DNA from: Planctomycetota bacterium
GTDB taxonomy: Bacteria; Planctomycetota; Brocadiia; CAIUPP01
Length of the DNA stretch: 64,000 nucleotides
Direction of reading: 5' to 3'
Assembly (NCBI GenBank): GCA_022705425.1
Contig: JAKJEM010000001.1
Span: 104,253 to 168,252, forward strand
The notes beneath the pieces were generated by a model. It searched no databases, had not been told where the DNA came from, and saw nothing but the letters and a program-made list of their open reading frames with translations. Both the position numbers and the translations under genes were made by a program. Below, piece by piece: positions 1 through 10,173 of this stretch. Position 1 is the first letter of the stretch; the number at the start of each line of letters is the position of its first letter.

Positions 1-162
1 AGCCCCGCCTTCGGCGCGGGTATGGCGCTGCCGCCGGAATGGCCGGACCCGTTGCGCCAGGAGGGCGCGGCCCGGCCCGACATCGGCCCGCTGCCGTCCG
101 GCGCGCCGGTGTGGGGCGTCGGCGTGAAGGGACGATACAACCCCTTCCGCGAATGCCGTTGA
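1..162 (+). CDS. 3' fragment (C-terminus) of a secreted right-handed beta-helix protein; paralog of the two genes downstream
   Basis: Frame +1 reads ...PEWPDPLRQEGAARPDIGPLPSG... to a TGA stop at 160-162. The same C-terminal motif (DWPDPLR...PDIGA(F/L)PAG) ends the 1088-3004 and 4754-6679 ORFs. The 5' end lies outside the window. Confidence 0.5.
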   Translation, partial: SPAFGAGMALPPEWPDPLRQEGAARPDIGPLPSGAPVWGVGVKGRYNPFRECR

Positions 163-189
163 CCGATCCACCATGAAACGAGGCCAGAC

Positions 190-975
190 ATGAGCCATAC
201 CACATGCCCGCGCTCTTCCCTGTGCGCGTTGCTCGTTCTGTCGGGGATTCTGGCGGGGCCGGGCGTCCTGTCGTCGCCGGCCGCCGACGCGCCCGCGCGC
301 CCGCAGGCCGTCGTAATCGAGGGGTATCCCGCCTTCGAAGCCCCCATCTTCTCCTACCTCATGCGGCATCGCGGCGTCAAGGTGCGCAATGTCGAGCGCG
401 TCTGGCTTCCGACAGAGGAGTACGCCGCCTACTCCGTGGTCATCGTCACCGGCGACCTCGCCCGCGCCAAGGTCCAGCCCACAGTCTATTCGCCGGATGA
501 CCTGCGCAATGTCAAGGCCTTCCTGGAAAAGGGGGGCACGCTGCTCCTGACGCGCGGGAATGCCGCGCTCTTCAACTCCCCCGAGGGACAACTCTTTCTG
601 CAGGAGACGATGGGCACAGCCCCGAAAGTGCTGAAGGATGCCAGGAACGACGTGGCGATCGTCAGGAAGGACCACCCCTGGGTGCGGCACCTGGACCCGA
701 ACCGCGCCCGTCCCTGGTTGAATGAGAACGCTTCCGGGCGGCTGCCGGCCGGCAAGGCCGAGCGGATTCTCGGGACGCCTTCCGGCCATGCCATCCTGGC
801 GCGCGCGCCTGTGGGCAAGGGGCAGATCATCTACATCGGCTGGGACATTGCGCGCTCACTGCCCGAAGGCCGAAGGCCCTCCACCGCTGAGGACGAACGA
901 ACGTACGACGAGCAGGCGCGCATCTTGACGGCCATCTTGGACGGACTCTTCCCCAGGCCCCAGGAGGGGCGGTAG
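190..975 (+). CDS. secreted hypothetical protein with an N-terminal signal peptide
   Basis: ATG at 190 is followed by a hydrophobic signal-like stretch (LCALLVLSGILAGPGVLSSPAADA). Third-codon positions are GC-rich. No family confidently recognised. Confidence 0.5.
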   Translation: MSHTTCPRSSLCALLVLSGILAGPGVLSSPAADAPARPQAVVIEGYPAFEAPIFSYLMRHRGVKVRNVERVWLPTEEYAAYSVVIVTGDLARAKVQPTVYSPDDLRNVKAFLEKGGTLLLTRGNAALFNSPEGQLFLQETMGTAPKVLKDARNDVAIVRKDHPWVRHLDPNRARPWLNENASGRLPAGKAERILGTPSGHAILARAPVGKGQIIYIGWDIARSLPEGRRPSTAEDERTYDEQARILTAILDGLFPRPQEGR

Positions 976-1087
976 TCCGGAGGCAGCGCACACATGAACG
1001 GGACATGCGCGGTGCGGGGGTCATTGCCGGCTGCGGCGATCCTCGCCGTCTGCCTCTCCGGCGTCACGGCGGCTCCCGCCCGCGCCA

Positions 1088-3004
1088 TTGCAGCCGATGC
1101 GCCCGCTCCCGGCGGCCTTTGACCGTCCGATGGGGGAGGGCCCGGCCTTTTTTGCAGACCCCGCGAAGGGGGACGACGCGGCCTCCGGCGCGGCGAACGC
1201 CCCCTGGAAGACGGTCTCGCGCGCTCTGAAATCCCTCAAGGCCGGCGACACCCTCTACTTGCGCGCGGGGACGTACTACGAACGCATCGAGTGCGCGCTG
1301 AAGGGCGTCCCCGATGCCCCGATCACCCTCCGCGCCTATCCGGGGGAGCGGGTCATTCTGGACGCCGGATATCGCGAGTTTGTCGAGGACCCCGCCAACG
1401 CCTGGGAGCCCCTCCCCGGCGGCGCGCCGGGGGAGTATCGTTCCCGCAAGACGTATCCGGACCTCGGCCTGACTACCGCGCCGCGTCACGGCGTCTATGT
1501 GATGGGCAACTTCGCCGACTCGATGGTCCCCCTGCACGGCTACTTCAACCTGCTCGACCTGCGTTCGGACAACTCCCTGGCGAACCTGGACAACAACATG
1601 ACCTCGGCGGCGGGGCTGTACTGCGGGCCGGGGCTCTGGTACGACGCGCGCGTTGTGGGCGGCCAGACCTACGGCACGAAACGCATCCATATCCGCCTGG
1701 CCCCCACCCGCTGGCCCGCCCTGGGCGCGGCGAACTACGCCGGCGAGAGCGACCCGCGCAAGCTGCCGCTGGTCCTCGGCGGGCCGAGTCCGGCGCTGGA
1801 ACTGCGCGGCGCGGCGCACGTGCGCGTGCAGGACATCGTCCTGCGCGGCTCGCGCGACGCCACCCTGGCCCTGCGCGGGTGCGACGGCGTCGAGCTCGAC
1901 GGCCTGACGGCCTACGGCGGCGCGCCCGCACTGCTCCTGCTCGGCAACCGGAATGTGCGCATCGTTCACAGCGCCTTCCGCGGGGTTTCGCCCCCCTGGT
2001 CTTCGCGCTACGCCGAGAAGTACCGCGGCGTGTCCACCTATCTGCTGGAAACCGGCGGCGGACGCGCCGACAACGACGCCATCGAGATCGCCTGGTGCGA
2101 GTTCACCGACTGCCACGACGGGCTCGAAATCCACGGCGTCAAGCGCCTCGACTTTCACCACAACCTCGTGGACAACTTCAACGACGACGGCATCGAACCG
2201 GGACCCAAGCGGGCCGAGCGGCGCGTCCTGATTCGCCAGAACCTCATCTCGCGCTGCCTGCTGACCTTTTCCCTTCACGGCGATAGGGGTCCCGGCCCGA
2301 TCGTCGAAAGCGCGCCGGGCAGCGGGGTGTACATCTTCCGCAACGTGATTGACCTGCGCCCGCCGATCCGCAAGACGCCGCCGCGCACGGCGGACGGCGC
2401 CGAGGAGGCCGGGCAGATCAGCACTTTGTGTTCCGATCACGGCAGCCCCATCTGGCCCAATTACTTCTTCTACCAGAACACGGTGCTCGCCGGTCCTCCC
2501 CCCTGGCGGGCGCACTACGCCTTCGGTTTCGGGGCGCGCGGGACGCTGGGGAACCGGCGCGGCGTCTTCAACAATATCTTTGTCACGATGGAGGGCCTGC
2601 CCGGCCTGGCCGTGACGCCGGCGGAAGGCTACCAGATGGACGGGAACCTCCATTGGAGCGTAGCCGAAGGGGCGAAGGCCCCGGCGAACTTCTTCGAGAA
2701 GTTCCGCAAGTCGAAGGCGTTCGAGGACAGCCGGAAGTCGTACCCGCCGGGCTGGATGGCGAACGACCTCTTCGCCGACCCGAAGTTTGTCGCCCTCGAT
2801 CCGGACTGGCGCGGCGCAATGGACCTGCGCCTGCGCCAGGGCAGTCCGGCCGTCGGCGCAGGAGTCGCGATCCCGGAGGACTGGCCCGATCCGCTGCGCG
2901 CCGCCGGACGACCGGACATCGGCGCCTTTCCGGCGGGAACGGAGGCATTTGCCGTGGGCGTGCGCGGGCGGGTTCCCGTCGCGCCGCGTCCCCTTGTCCC
3001 GTAG
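1088..3004 (+). CDS. secreted right-handed parallel beta-helix repeat protein (pectate-lyase-superfamily-like)
   Basis: 638-aa ORF. Motifs DTLYLRAGTYYE, repeated NxxDDGIE/NNxxxD turns and a HHNL...NDDGIE segment are typical of beta-helix polysaccharide lyase or hydrolase folds. It is paralogous over its full length to 4754-6679. Confidence 0.65.
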   Translation: MQPMRPLPAAFDRPMGEGPAFFADPAKGDDAASGAANAPWKTVSRALKSLKAGDTLYLRAGTYYERIECALKGVPDAPITLRAYPGERVILDAGYREFVEDPANAWEPLPGGAPGEYRSRKTYPDLGLTTAPRHGVYVMGNFADSMVPLHGYFNLLDLRSDNSLANLDNNMTSAAGLYCGPGLWYDARVVGGQTYGTKRIHIRLAPTRWPALGAANYAGESDPRKLPLVLGGPSPALELRGAAHVRVQDIVLRGSRDATLALRGCDGVELDGLTAYGGAPALLLLGNRNVRIVHSAFRGVSPPWSSRYAEKYRGVSTYLLETGGGRADNDAIEIAWCEFTDCHDGLEIHGVKRLDFHHNLVDNFNDDGIEPGPKRAERRVLIRQNLISRCLLTFSLHGDRGPGPIVESAPGSGVYIFRNVIDLRPPIRKTPPRTADGAEEAGQISTLCSDHGSPIWPNYFFYQNTVLAGPPPWRAHYAFGFGARGTLGNRRGVFNNIFVTMEGLPGLAVTPAEGYQMDGNLHWSVAEGAKAPANFFEKFRKSKAFEDSRKSYPPGWMANDLFADPKFVALDPDWRGAMDLRLRQGSPAVGAGVAIPEDWPDPLRAAGRPDIGAFPAGTEAFAVGVRGRVPVAPRPLVP

Positions 3005-3039
3005 TGTGCCCGGCTCTTCCAGACAGGGAGGAAGGACGT

Positions 3040-4733
3040 TGAACCGCCGCGAGACCGTCATCAGCGATCTGTCCATTGCCGCTCCGGCCTCGGCTCTGGC
3101 CGATGCGCCTGCCCCCAACCGCTGGCTGATCCTGCCTTACGAAGGGGAGATCAGCGGCAAGATGCTCTGGAAGCCGGCGCGCGCCAAGGCGCCGGACATC
3201 GCCCTTCCCCTTCCCGCCCTTGGACTCTGCCGCATCTACATCGGTATCTACGGCAGCGGCACCGTGCCCGTCTGGTACAACCTGTACGGCCCCAAGGCCA
3301 CGACGAAGTCGTGGGTCCGGCTGTGCCTGCGCCTGTCCGACCAGGACTGGTTCGACGAGATGACCCCCGACGACTATCCGCAGGAGCCCCGTCTCGGTTA
3401 CATCTCTGAGATGCCCTGGCGCACCGTGGACCTGAAGGGCCAGTCGCTGGTCTTCGCGCCGAACCGGCAGGAGGCCTTCGACGACCTGATGAGCTTCGTC
3501 GCCTACGTGCGCCTCGTTCCGGTGGATCAGGTCGAGACCTGGCCGCCGGAGACCAAGCGCCTGGCTGCGTACTTCGACAGCAACTTCCACGGGCACTTCG
3601 TGGACAGCGCGGCGGGCATCCGCCGCCATCTCATGCGCCTGCGCGAAACGGATGTGGGCACGGTCTTCTGGACCACCTGCCGCGAGGACACCTGCTACTA
3701 CCCCACGCGCGTGGGGAACCGCTTCACCTGGAACGGCGCCACGGGGGTCTATCCCTACTGGGCGGGGCGCGATCTCGAAGGGATGCTCGCCCGGGGCGAG
3801 GACCCGCTGAAGATCGCCTGCGATGTGGTCCACGGGCTGGGCCTCAAGTTCTTTGCCAGCTACCGGCGCATGACCTGTCGGATGCCGCCCTTCATCTTCC
3901 CGCTGCACCCGGAGGCGCTCTTCTTCAAGCGGCGCGATTTGTGGTGCGCCGACGAGACCGGCGCGCCCGTGCCGCACCTGAGCCTGGCGCAGCCGGAGGT
4001 CCGCGCGCGCATGGTGGCCCTTCTGGCCGAGCAGGCGGAGAACTACGACATTGACGGCGTGCATCTCTACTTCTCGCGCGGGATGCCCTTCGTCTTCTTC
4101 GAGGAACCCTTCCTGGCCGAGTTCCGCCGCGCGCACGGGACCGACCCGCGCGGGCTGCCGCTGGACGACCGGCGCGTGTGGGAAGTCCGCAGCCGCTTTG
4201 TGCTGATGCTCCTGCGCGAGCTGCGCGCCGCCCTCGACGCCGCCGGACGCCGTCGCGGCCGGCGTCTCGAAGTCGCCATGCACGTTGCCGCCTCGATGCA
4301 GGCTTCGGCCTTCTACGGACTCGACGCCGCCGCCATGGCCCGCGAGCGGCTGGTGGATATTCTGCTGCCCGATCATGCGCACTTCCTGCCGGAGGCATTG
4401 CCGGACGCCAAGGCGATCTGCGCCACCCCCGAACACGTGGCGGAGTTCGCCGACGCCCTCCGCGGGACGGGCGTCCGCCTGATGCCGGTGTGCGGGCGCG
4501 GGCCGAACTATGCACCCGACAGCATGACGCTCGGCCAGCGCGCGGCGGCCTTCTACCGTGCCGGGGCGGACGGCCTGCACTGGTATTCGACCCCCGTCGG
4601 GGCGCGCATGGGGCATCTGGACGAACTCGACCGCGTGGACGCGCGGGCGTCCGAGGGCCGGCGACTGGTCCGGATACGCTCCTTCGCCGGAATGCGCATT
4701 GACATGAACTACGGCCTGCCGACCTGCGGATAA
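3040..4733 (+). CDS. hypothetical protein, possibly a glycoside-hydrolase-like (GHL10 / TIM-barrel-like) family member
   Basis: TTG start at 3040 is preceded by GGGAGGAAGGA. The segment GVHLYFSRGMPFVFFEEPFLAEFRRAHG...LPLDDRRVWEVRSRFVLMLLRELRAAL resembles glycosyl-hydrolase-like family 10 proteins. It sits between two beta-helix paralogs. The family assignment is tentative. Confidence 0.45.
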
Positions 4734-4753
4734 CTCCGGGAAAGGATACGATC

Positions 4754-6679
4754 ATGAGCGTTACGCACCGCCTTCTCGCCGTCGGCGCAACCCTTCTTGC
4801 CGCCGGCGTCGTCCTCGCCGCGCCCCTCTCCCATCCCCCCTTGCGCACCGCGCCGCCGCCTTCGCAGCGCCCTATGGACGCCGGCCCGGCGCGCTACGCC
4901 GACCCCGTCCGCGGCGACGACGCCGCCGCCGGAACGGCCCAGGCCCCCTGGCGCACCGTCGGACGCGCCCTGCGCGACCTTGCCCCCGGCGATACCCTCT
5001 ACCTGCGCGGCGGCACGTACTACGAAAACGTGTACTGCGCGCTCGTCGGCGCGGAGGGGAAGCCCATCACCCTGCGCTCCTATCCCGGCGAGCAGGCCGT
5101 CCTCGACGGCGGCTGGCGCGAGTTCTTCGAAACGCCCGCCCAGGCGTGGACGCCCGTCGCCGGCAGCGAGGGGGAGTACCGCTCCGTGCGTCCCTATCGC
5201 AACGCCCGCGCCGTTCTCGGCTGGTTCGGCGACTCGATGATCGGGCTGAACACGTACTATCACGCCATGGATCTCCGCGCCAGGGGCGAGCTCTGGCACT
5301 GGCAGGACTGGTCCAAGCAGAAGGAGACCGACGCCGACCCTCTCTACTGCGGTCCCGGCCTGTGGTATGACGAGGGCACCGGCTACATCCACTGCCGCCT
5401 GGCCCACACGAACGTCGAGGGCATCGTCAACTACAAGGGAGAAACCGATCCGCGCAAACTGCCGATGCTCCTCGCGCCCTTCCGTTCGACGCCGCTGACG
5501 GTGGACCGCGCGCGCTGGGTGCGCTTCCAGGACCTCGTCATCCGCGGCGCAGGCTATGACGCCGTCATCCTCGACTATGCCGAGAACGTCGAGTTCGACA
5601 ACGTCACCGTGTGGGCTGGCTCCTACGGCGTGCGCGCCGCGCGCACCGGTCCGCTCAAGGTCACGCGCTGCGGCTTCTACGGCAGCTGCCCGCCCTGGCT
5701 CTTCCGCAGCGACACCAGCAAGCGCGCCTATCCCGGCCGCCCCCAGCGCGACATCACCCGCCTCAACACGCACGCCACCTGGGTCATCGAGTCCGGGCGC
5801 GAGTTCGAGGTCTTCGCCACCCCCGTCAACGACAACTGGGAAATCTCCTACAGCGAGTTCACCGATTCGCATGACGGCCCCTATTTCGGCGGCGTCGGCC
5901 TCCGCTTCCATCACAACCTCGTCCACAACACCGAGGACGACGGTATCTACCTCAGCCAGATGTACCCTCGCCACAGGTATATGCGCGGCGGCGCGGAGGT
6001 CCACATCTATCAGAACTACTTCAGCCGGATCCTGACGGCGCTGGCCTTCGGCGGCCCGGAAGACACGGCCGACAAGGTCTTCGTTTATCGGAACATCTTT
6101 GACTTGCGCGAGCCGGTGCTCACCGGGCGTCCCTCGACCCGGAATCCGAAACTCGCGCAGTCCTCGGGCAAGGTGATGGGCGACCACGGCTCCCCCCCGT
6201 GGCCGGAGATGAACCTCTACCAGAACACCTTCGTTGTGGCGGAGGGGACGCGATACTCGATGGCCCTTCTTTCCGCGTTGAGCAAGGAGCGGCCCCGGCG
6301 CGTGATGAACAACATCTGCGTTAACCTGGAGGCGCTCTTCATCCCGCCGATCAGCGGCGCGCCCGACGCCGTGTTCGCGGTGGACGGCAACCTCTACTGG
6401 TCCCCCAGGGCCGACCCGGCGAAGGGCGCGGCGGACTTGCGCCGACTGCGCAAGGAAGGACAGGACGCCGCCGCCGTGCTGGCCGACCCGCGCTTTGTGA
6501 AGTTCGTTGCGGACCTGACGACGCCGAACGACTACCGCCTTCAGCCCGACAGCCCCGCGATCGGGCGCGGCGTGGAGCTGCCGAAGGACTGGCCCGACCC
6601 GTTGCGCCCGAAGGACGGCAAGCCGGACATCGGCGCGCTGCCGGCCGGCGTCGAGCCGTTTGTCGTGGGGCGGAAGTAG
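4754..6679 (+). CDS. secreted right-handed parallel beta-helix repeat protein (paralog of 1088-3004)
   Basis: Signal peptide MSVTHRLLAVGATLLAAGVVLAAP. Conserved blocks are shared with 1088-3004 (DTLYLRGGTYYEN, YPGEQAVLDGGWREFFE, LYCGPGLWYD, ETDPRKLP, FHHNLVHNTEDDGI, PDIGALPAG). Confidence 0.65.
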   Translation: MSVTHRLLAVGATLLAAGVVLAAPLSHPPLRTAPPPSQRPMDAGPARYADPVRGDDAAAGTAQAPWRTVGRALRDLAPGDTLYLRGGTYYENVYCALVGAEGKPITLRSYPGEQAVLDGGWREFFETPAQAWTPVAGSEGEYRSVRPYRNARAVLGWFGDSMIGLNTYYHAMDLRARGELWHWQDWSKQKETDADPLYCGPGLWYDEGTGYIHCRLAHTNVEGIVNYKGETDPRKLPMLLAPFRSTPLTVDRARWVRFQDLVIRGAGYDAVILDYAENVEFDNVTVWAGSYGVRAARTGPLKVTRCGFYGSCPPWLFRSDTSKRAYPGRPQRDITRLNTHATWVIESGREFEVFATPVNDNWEISYSEFTDSHDGPYFGGVGLRFHHNLVHNTEDDGIYLSQMYPRHRYMRGGAEVHIYQNYFSRILTALAFGGPEDTADKVFVYRNIFDLREPVLTGRPSTRNPKLAQSSGKVMGDHGSPPWPEMNLYQNTFVVAEGTRYSMALLSALSKERPRRVMNNICVNLEALFIPPISGAPDAVFAVDGNLYWSPRADPAKGAADLRRLRKEGQDAAAVLADPRFVKFVADLTTPNDYRLQPDSPAIGRGVELPKDWPDPLRPKDGKPDIGALPAGVEPFVVGRK

Positions 6680-6707
6680 TCCGATGAAGATGAGCCGTTC
6701 CGCGCGC

Positions 6708-7355
6708 TCAGGCGTCGAGCCTCAGATCGTCCACCAGGCGCGTCTGCGGCGTGACCCGCTCCGGCGGCACGCGCGCCGCGCGGGCGATCATCTCAAAGAC
6801 CCGCCGCTCCACGGCCCGGTCGTCCGGCCACAGGTTGAAGAGGCCCGCGACCGTTTCGGCTTTGGGAAAGCCGGGGCTGTACGTGTGGCGCAGCGCGCCG
6901 ACGACCAGGAGCAACCCCGCCAGCCCCGCCACCCAGACGGCCGGACCGGGATGTTTGGTCGTCAGCAGGATGCACAGCGCGCAGACGATTCCGAACATCA
7001 CCGTCCCCGCCAGGTAGCTGCGATGGCTCTGCAACGGCGGCAGTTCCACCCCTTCGCGCGTCAGCAGGTCGTGAACCCGCCGCCAGCGCCGGGCTCGCCC
7101 GTGCCAGGGAAAGAGATCGGCCAGCCGCGTCTCCGGAGCGATAGCCTCCTCGTCCATCCCCGTCTCCGCCGACAGCGCCCGGCGGAAGGCCAGGAAGTCC
7201 TTCTCGCGCGCCGGGTCCGGCGCGGGTCGTCGCAACTCGATCACCGCCCTTGCCACGTCCCCCGCCGTCCGCAGAGTCGCCAGGCGCTCCTCGGGTATCT
7301 TTATCGAGAACTCATCCTCGATGTCCATCAGCATCTCGACGGTATCCAGTCCCAT
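6708..7355 (-). CDS. membrane protein with an N-terminal acyl-carrier-protein-like (phosphopantetheine-attachment-like) domain
   Basis: Start ATG at 7355 is preceded by AGGAGG. The N-terminus MGLDTVEMLMDIEDEFSIKIPEE resembles the ACP DSLDTVELVMxLEEEF motif. It is followed by two predicted TM helices (VMFGIVCALCILLT, AVWVAGLAGLLLVVGAL) and a second ACP-like half at the C-terminus. Confidence 0.4.
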   Translation of the reverse strand: MGLDTVEMLMDIEDEFSIKIPEERLATLRTAGDVARAVIELRRPAPDPAREKDFLAFRRALSAETGMDEEAIAPETRLADLFPWHGRARRWRRVHDLLTREGVELPPLQSHRSYLAGTVMFGIVCALCILLTTKHPGPAVWVAGLAGLLLVVGALRHTYSPGFPKAETVAGLFNLWPDDRAVERRVFEMIARAARVPPERVTPQTRLVDDLRLDA

Positions 7356-7521
7356 GACGCCTCCTGTGTCCCAGACTTCCGCGCTGAAGGGATTATACAC
7401 CATCCACCCTGCGGCGCGAGGGGCCGCCCCGCTCAGTGCGCAGTTGACAGACATTCCCGATCGAAGGTATCGTGTTAGTGTCCTGATTCGGCGCGTTCCA
7501 TCGGAAAAACGAAAGGCAACG

Positions 7522-8463
7522 ATGTCATCACTCTGGCGTGCAGCAGCGGCGGCTCTCCTGCTTACGGCGCCGGCGGCCTTCGGCGACGACGTCGAGATGC
7601 TCAATGGCAGTCGCGTCAGCGGCAAGATCCTCAAAGAGACGCCCGAAAGTATTCTGGTGCGTGTGGGCGAGGAACTGCCGCTGGAGATGACCTTTGCGCG
7701 CGACCGCGTTCATGCGATCACGGTGGACGGCGTGCGACGGGTCATCACCTCGAAGGCGGAAGATGCTCCCGATCCGACTCCGGCGGCGCCCGTGCCCCGC
7801 GCAGCGACCCCCACGGCGTCCCGGCCCGTTTCGGCGCCTCCGGCCACGGCGGCGCGGGCCGTTCCACCCACAACGGCGCGCCCCATTCCCGCGACGCCGT
7901 CGCCCGCGGCCGGCGACCCGGTCGGCTCAATCAAGGACCTTGTCAAGTCCGGCGACATGAAGAAGGCTCAGGCCGCCGTGGATGCCGCCGCCGGAGGCAA
8001 CTACCAGGCGATGGGCGACCGTCTCCGCGACGCGGGTGTGCCGGAAATGGCCCAGTACTGCTACCTTCAGGCGATGGTCCGCGACGGCTTTCCGAACAAG
8101 CGCCCCGCTGCGCGCACGGCCCGCCAGAGCCTGGTGCGGCTCTTCTCCGGAGCCTATGCGCCGGACCTGGCGAAGGTTGCCGACGGCGACTACCGCAGCG
8201 CCTGTCCCGGCTACCTCGGGCTCGTGGGCGTGACCGTGACGGTCAAGGACCGGCGCATCGCGAATGTGAGTGTGCAGTCGAAGGACGACCGGCCCAAGAC
8301 CGCTCTCCAGGACATCCCCAAGGCGATTGTGGCCCAGCAGAGCATCAAAGGCGTTAACGCCGTCACGGGCGCCACGATCACCTCGCACGCCATCTTGTGC
8401 GCCACGGCGGCGGCCCTGAAGAGCGGCGAGAAGGCGTCGAACGCGGCTCCGACCGCGCCTTGA
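7522..8463 (+). CDS. secreted FMN-binding domain protein (NqrC/RnfG-type FMN_bind) with a Pro/Ala-rich linker
   Basis: ATG at 7522 is preceded by AAAGG. Signal peptide MSSLWRAAAAALLLTAPAAFG. The C-terminus VTVTVKDRRIANVSVQ...VNAVTGATITSHAIL carries the FMN_bind signature (S/T-G-A-T-x-T-S). Confidence 0.6.
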   Translation: MSSLWRAAAAALLLTAPAAFGDDVEMLNGSRVSGKILKETPESILVRVGEELPLEMTFARDRVHAITVDGVRRVITSKAEDAPDPTPAAPVPRAATPTASRPVSAPPATAARAVPPTTARPIPATPSPAAGDPVGSIKDLVKSGDMKKAQAAVDAAAGGNYQAMGDRLRDAGVPEMAQYCYLQAMVRDGFPNKRPAARTARQSLVRLFSGAYAPDLAKVADGDYRSACPGYLGLVGVTVTVKDRRIANVSVQSKDDRPKTALQDIPKAIVAQQSIKGVNAVTGATITSHAILCATAAALKSGEKASNAAPTAP

Positions 8464-8553
8464 CCGCCAGTCCGCGCGCCGATACCTTTTCCTTCGTCGT
8501 CGCATCGTCTGCAATCCATCCCCCGACCGACCCTTTCGCCGGGAGGCGCGCCC

Positions 8554-10101
8554 TTGGGCGAGCACGCGCCGGAATCCTCCGTTGCGCCGGAGTCTCTTCT
8601 CCGCGTCGTCTTTGATGCCGCACCGATCGGCCTGGTCCTTTCCGACCTTCAGGGCCGCCTCCTTCTCTGCAACGCGGCGCTATGCCGGATGCTCGGCTAC
8701 TCCGCCGAAGAACTGGCGCGGCTGGGCGTTGCGGATGTCACGCATCCCGAGGACGCCTCGGCCACCCTGGCGCACGTGCGCCGTCTGCGGGCGGGGGAAT
8801 GCGACCGTTTCGAGGTGGACAAGCGCTACGTCCGGAAGGACAAGGGGGAGTTTCGCGGCCGGCTGACGGCCTGCCTCATTCGCGACGCCGCCGGGCGTCC
8901 GCAGTATGTTCTGGGCCTGATCGAGGACATCACCGACCGCGTCCAGGCCGAAGAGGACCGCCGCGTCGCCCTGCGAAACCTTCAGGACCTCCAGTCCATC
9001 ATCAACCGCAGTCCGGTCGTCGTCTTCCTCTGGCGCGTGGCCGAAGGCTGGCCGGTGGAGTATGTTTCCGACAGCGTGCGGCAGTTCGGCTACAGCGCGG
9101 AGGACTTCACCTCGGGGCGCGTGTCGTGGACGGCGGTGACGCATCCGGAGGACGTGCCGCGTCTCGAGGCGGAGGTGGCCGACTACATCCAGCGCGGCGT
9201 GCGCGAGTTCCGCCAGGAATACCGGCTCATCCGTCGCGACGGCGAGGCGCGCTGGGTGGAGGACCGCACCCGGGCCCTCTGCGACGCGCTCGGGCACGTC
9301 ACGCACTTCCAGGGCGTCATCTTCGACGTGACGGCGCAGCGCCAGGCGGCGGCGGACCTGCGCGCGTCGCGCGAGGAACTGCGCGCCCTGTCGCAGCGCA
9401 TGGACCAGATGCGCGAGGAGGAGCGCACGCGCCTCGCCCGCGAGATTCACGATGAACTCGGCCACGTCCTCACCGCCGTCAAGCTCGACGTCGCCTGGCT
9501 GATGCGCCACTTCGCCCGCGGGAAGGAGGCCCTCTCCGACTCCCACGTCATGGGACGCACGCAGATCGTCCTCGACACCCTCGACCGGGCCATCCACTTC
9601 ACGCGCGATCTTTCCAGCCGTCTGCGGCCCGGAATTCTCGACCACCTCGGCATCATCCCCACGCTGGAATGGCTGGTGCAGGACTTCCAGGCGCGCTCCG
9701 GCCTGAACTGCGAGTTCCAGTGCGCCATGCCGGAGTGCGCCCTCGGGTCGGCGGAGTCCACCGCCCTCTTCCGCATCGGCCAGGAACTGCTGACGAACGT
9801 GGCGCGGCACGCCTTCGCCACGCGCGTCGTTATGCGCCTGCGGCTGGTCGAGGGGGGCCTGCTGATGGAAGTCACGGACAACGGACGCGGCATCTCCCGC
9901 GAGCAGGGCGAATCCCCCAACTCGCTGGGGCTGGCGGGCATACGCGAACGGGTGCGCGCCCTGGGGGGAGAGTTCCGTATCACCGGGCAGGCCGGACGTT
10001 CGACGAGAGCCCGCGTATGGATTCCCTTGCCGGCGCCCGACGCGGCGGCGGACGCCGGAGACGCGCCACCCGCCGGACCCTCCGAGGCGAGTGTGGGATG
10101 A
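8554..10101 (+). CDS. sensor histidine kinase with two PAS domains, HisKA_3-type (NarX/DegS-like) H-box and HATPase domain
   Basis: TTG start is preceded by GGGAGG. PAS-like segments lie in the N-terminal half. The H-box is EIHDELGHVLTAVKLD. The ATPase region is DNGRGIS...GLAGIRERVRALGG. Confidence 0.8.
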   Translation: MGEHAPESSVAPESLLRVVFDAAPIGLVLSDLQGRLLLCNAALCRMLGYSAEELARLGVADVTHPEDASATLAHVRRLRAGECDRFEVDKRYVRKDKGEFRGRLTACLIRDAAGRPQYVLGLIEDITDRVQAEEDRRVALRNLQDLQSIINRSPVVVFLWRVAEGWPVEYVSDSVRQFGYSAEDFTSGRVSWTAVTHPEDVPRLEAEVADYIQRGVREFRQEYRLIRRDGEARWVEDRTRALCDALGHVTHFQGVIFDVTAQRQAAADLRASREELRALSQRMDQMREEERTRLAREIHDELGHVLTAVKLDVAWLMRHFARGKEALSDSHVMGRTQIVLDTLDRAIHFTRDLSSRLRPGILDHLGIIPTLEWLVQDFQARSGLNCEFQCAMPECALGSAESTALFRIGQELLTNVARHAFATRVVMRLRLVEGGLLMEVTDNGRGISREQGESPNSLGLAGIRERVRALGGEFRITGQAGRSTRARVWIPLPAPDAAADAGDAPPAGPSEASVG

Positions 10102-10173
10102 TTGCCATCACCCGTCTCGCTGCTGTATGATCCCCCGCACGTGCCGGAACCGCGTGTCCCATGAGTCCCCGCC

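Noticed and set aside
1064-6187. Long minus-strand ORFs antisense to the beta-helix and GH-like genes (1064-3118, 2583-4616, 4709-6187)
   Set aside because: They are typical high-GC antisense shadow ORFs. Their peptides are Arg/Ala/Gly/Pro-rich and low-complexity. The plus-strand genes have signal peptides, RBSs and recognisable domains.
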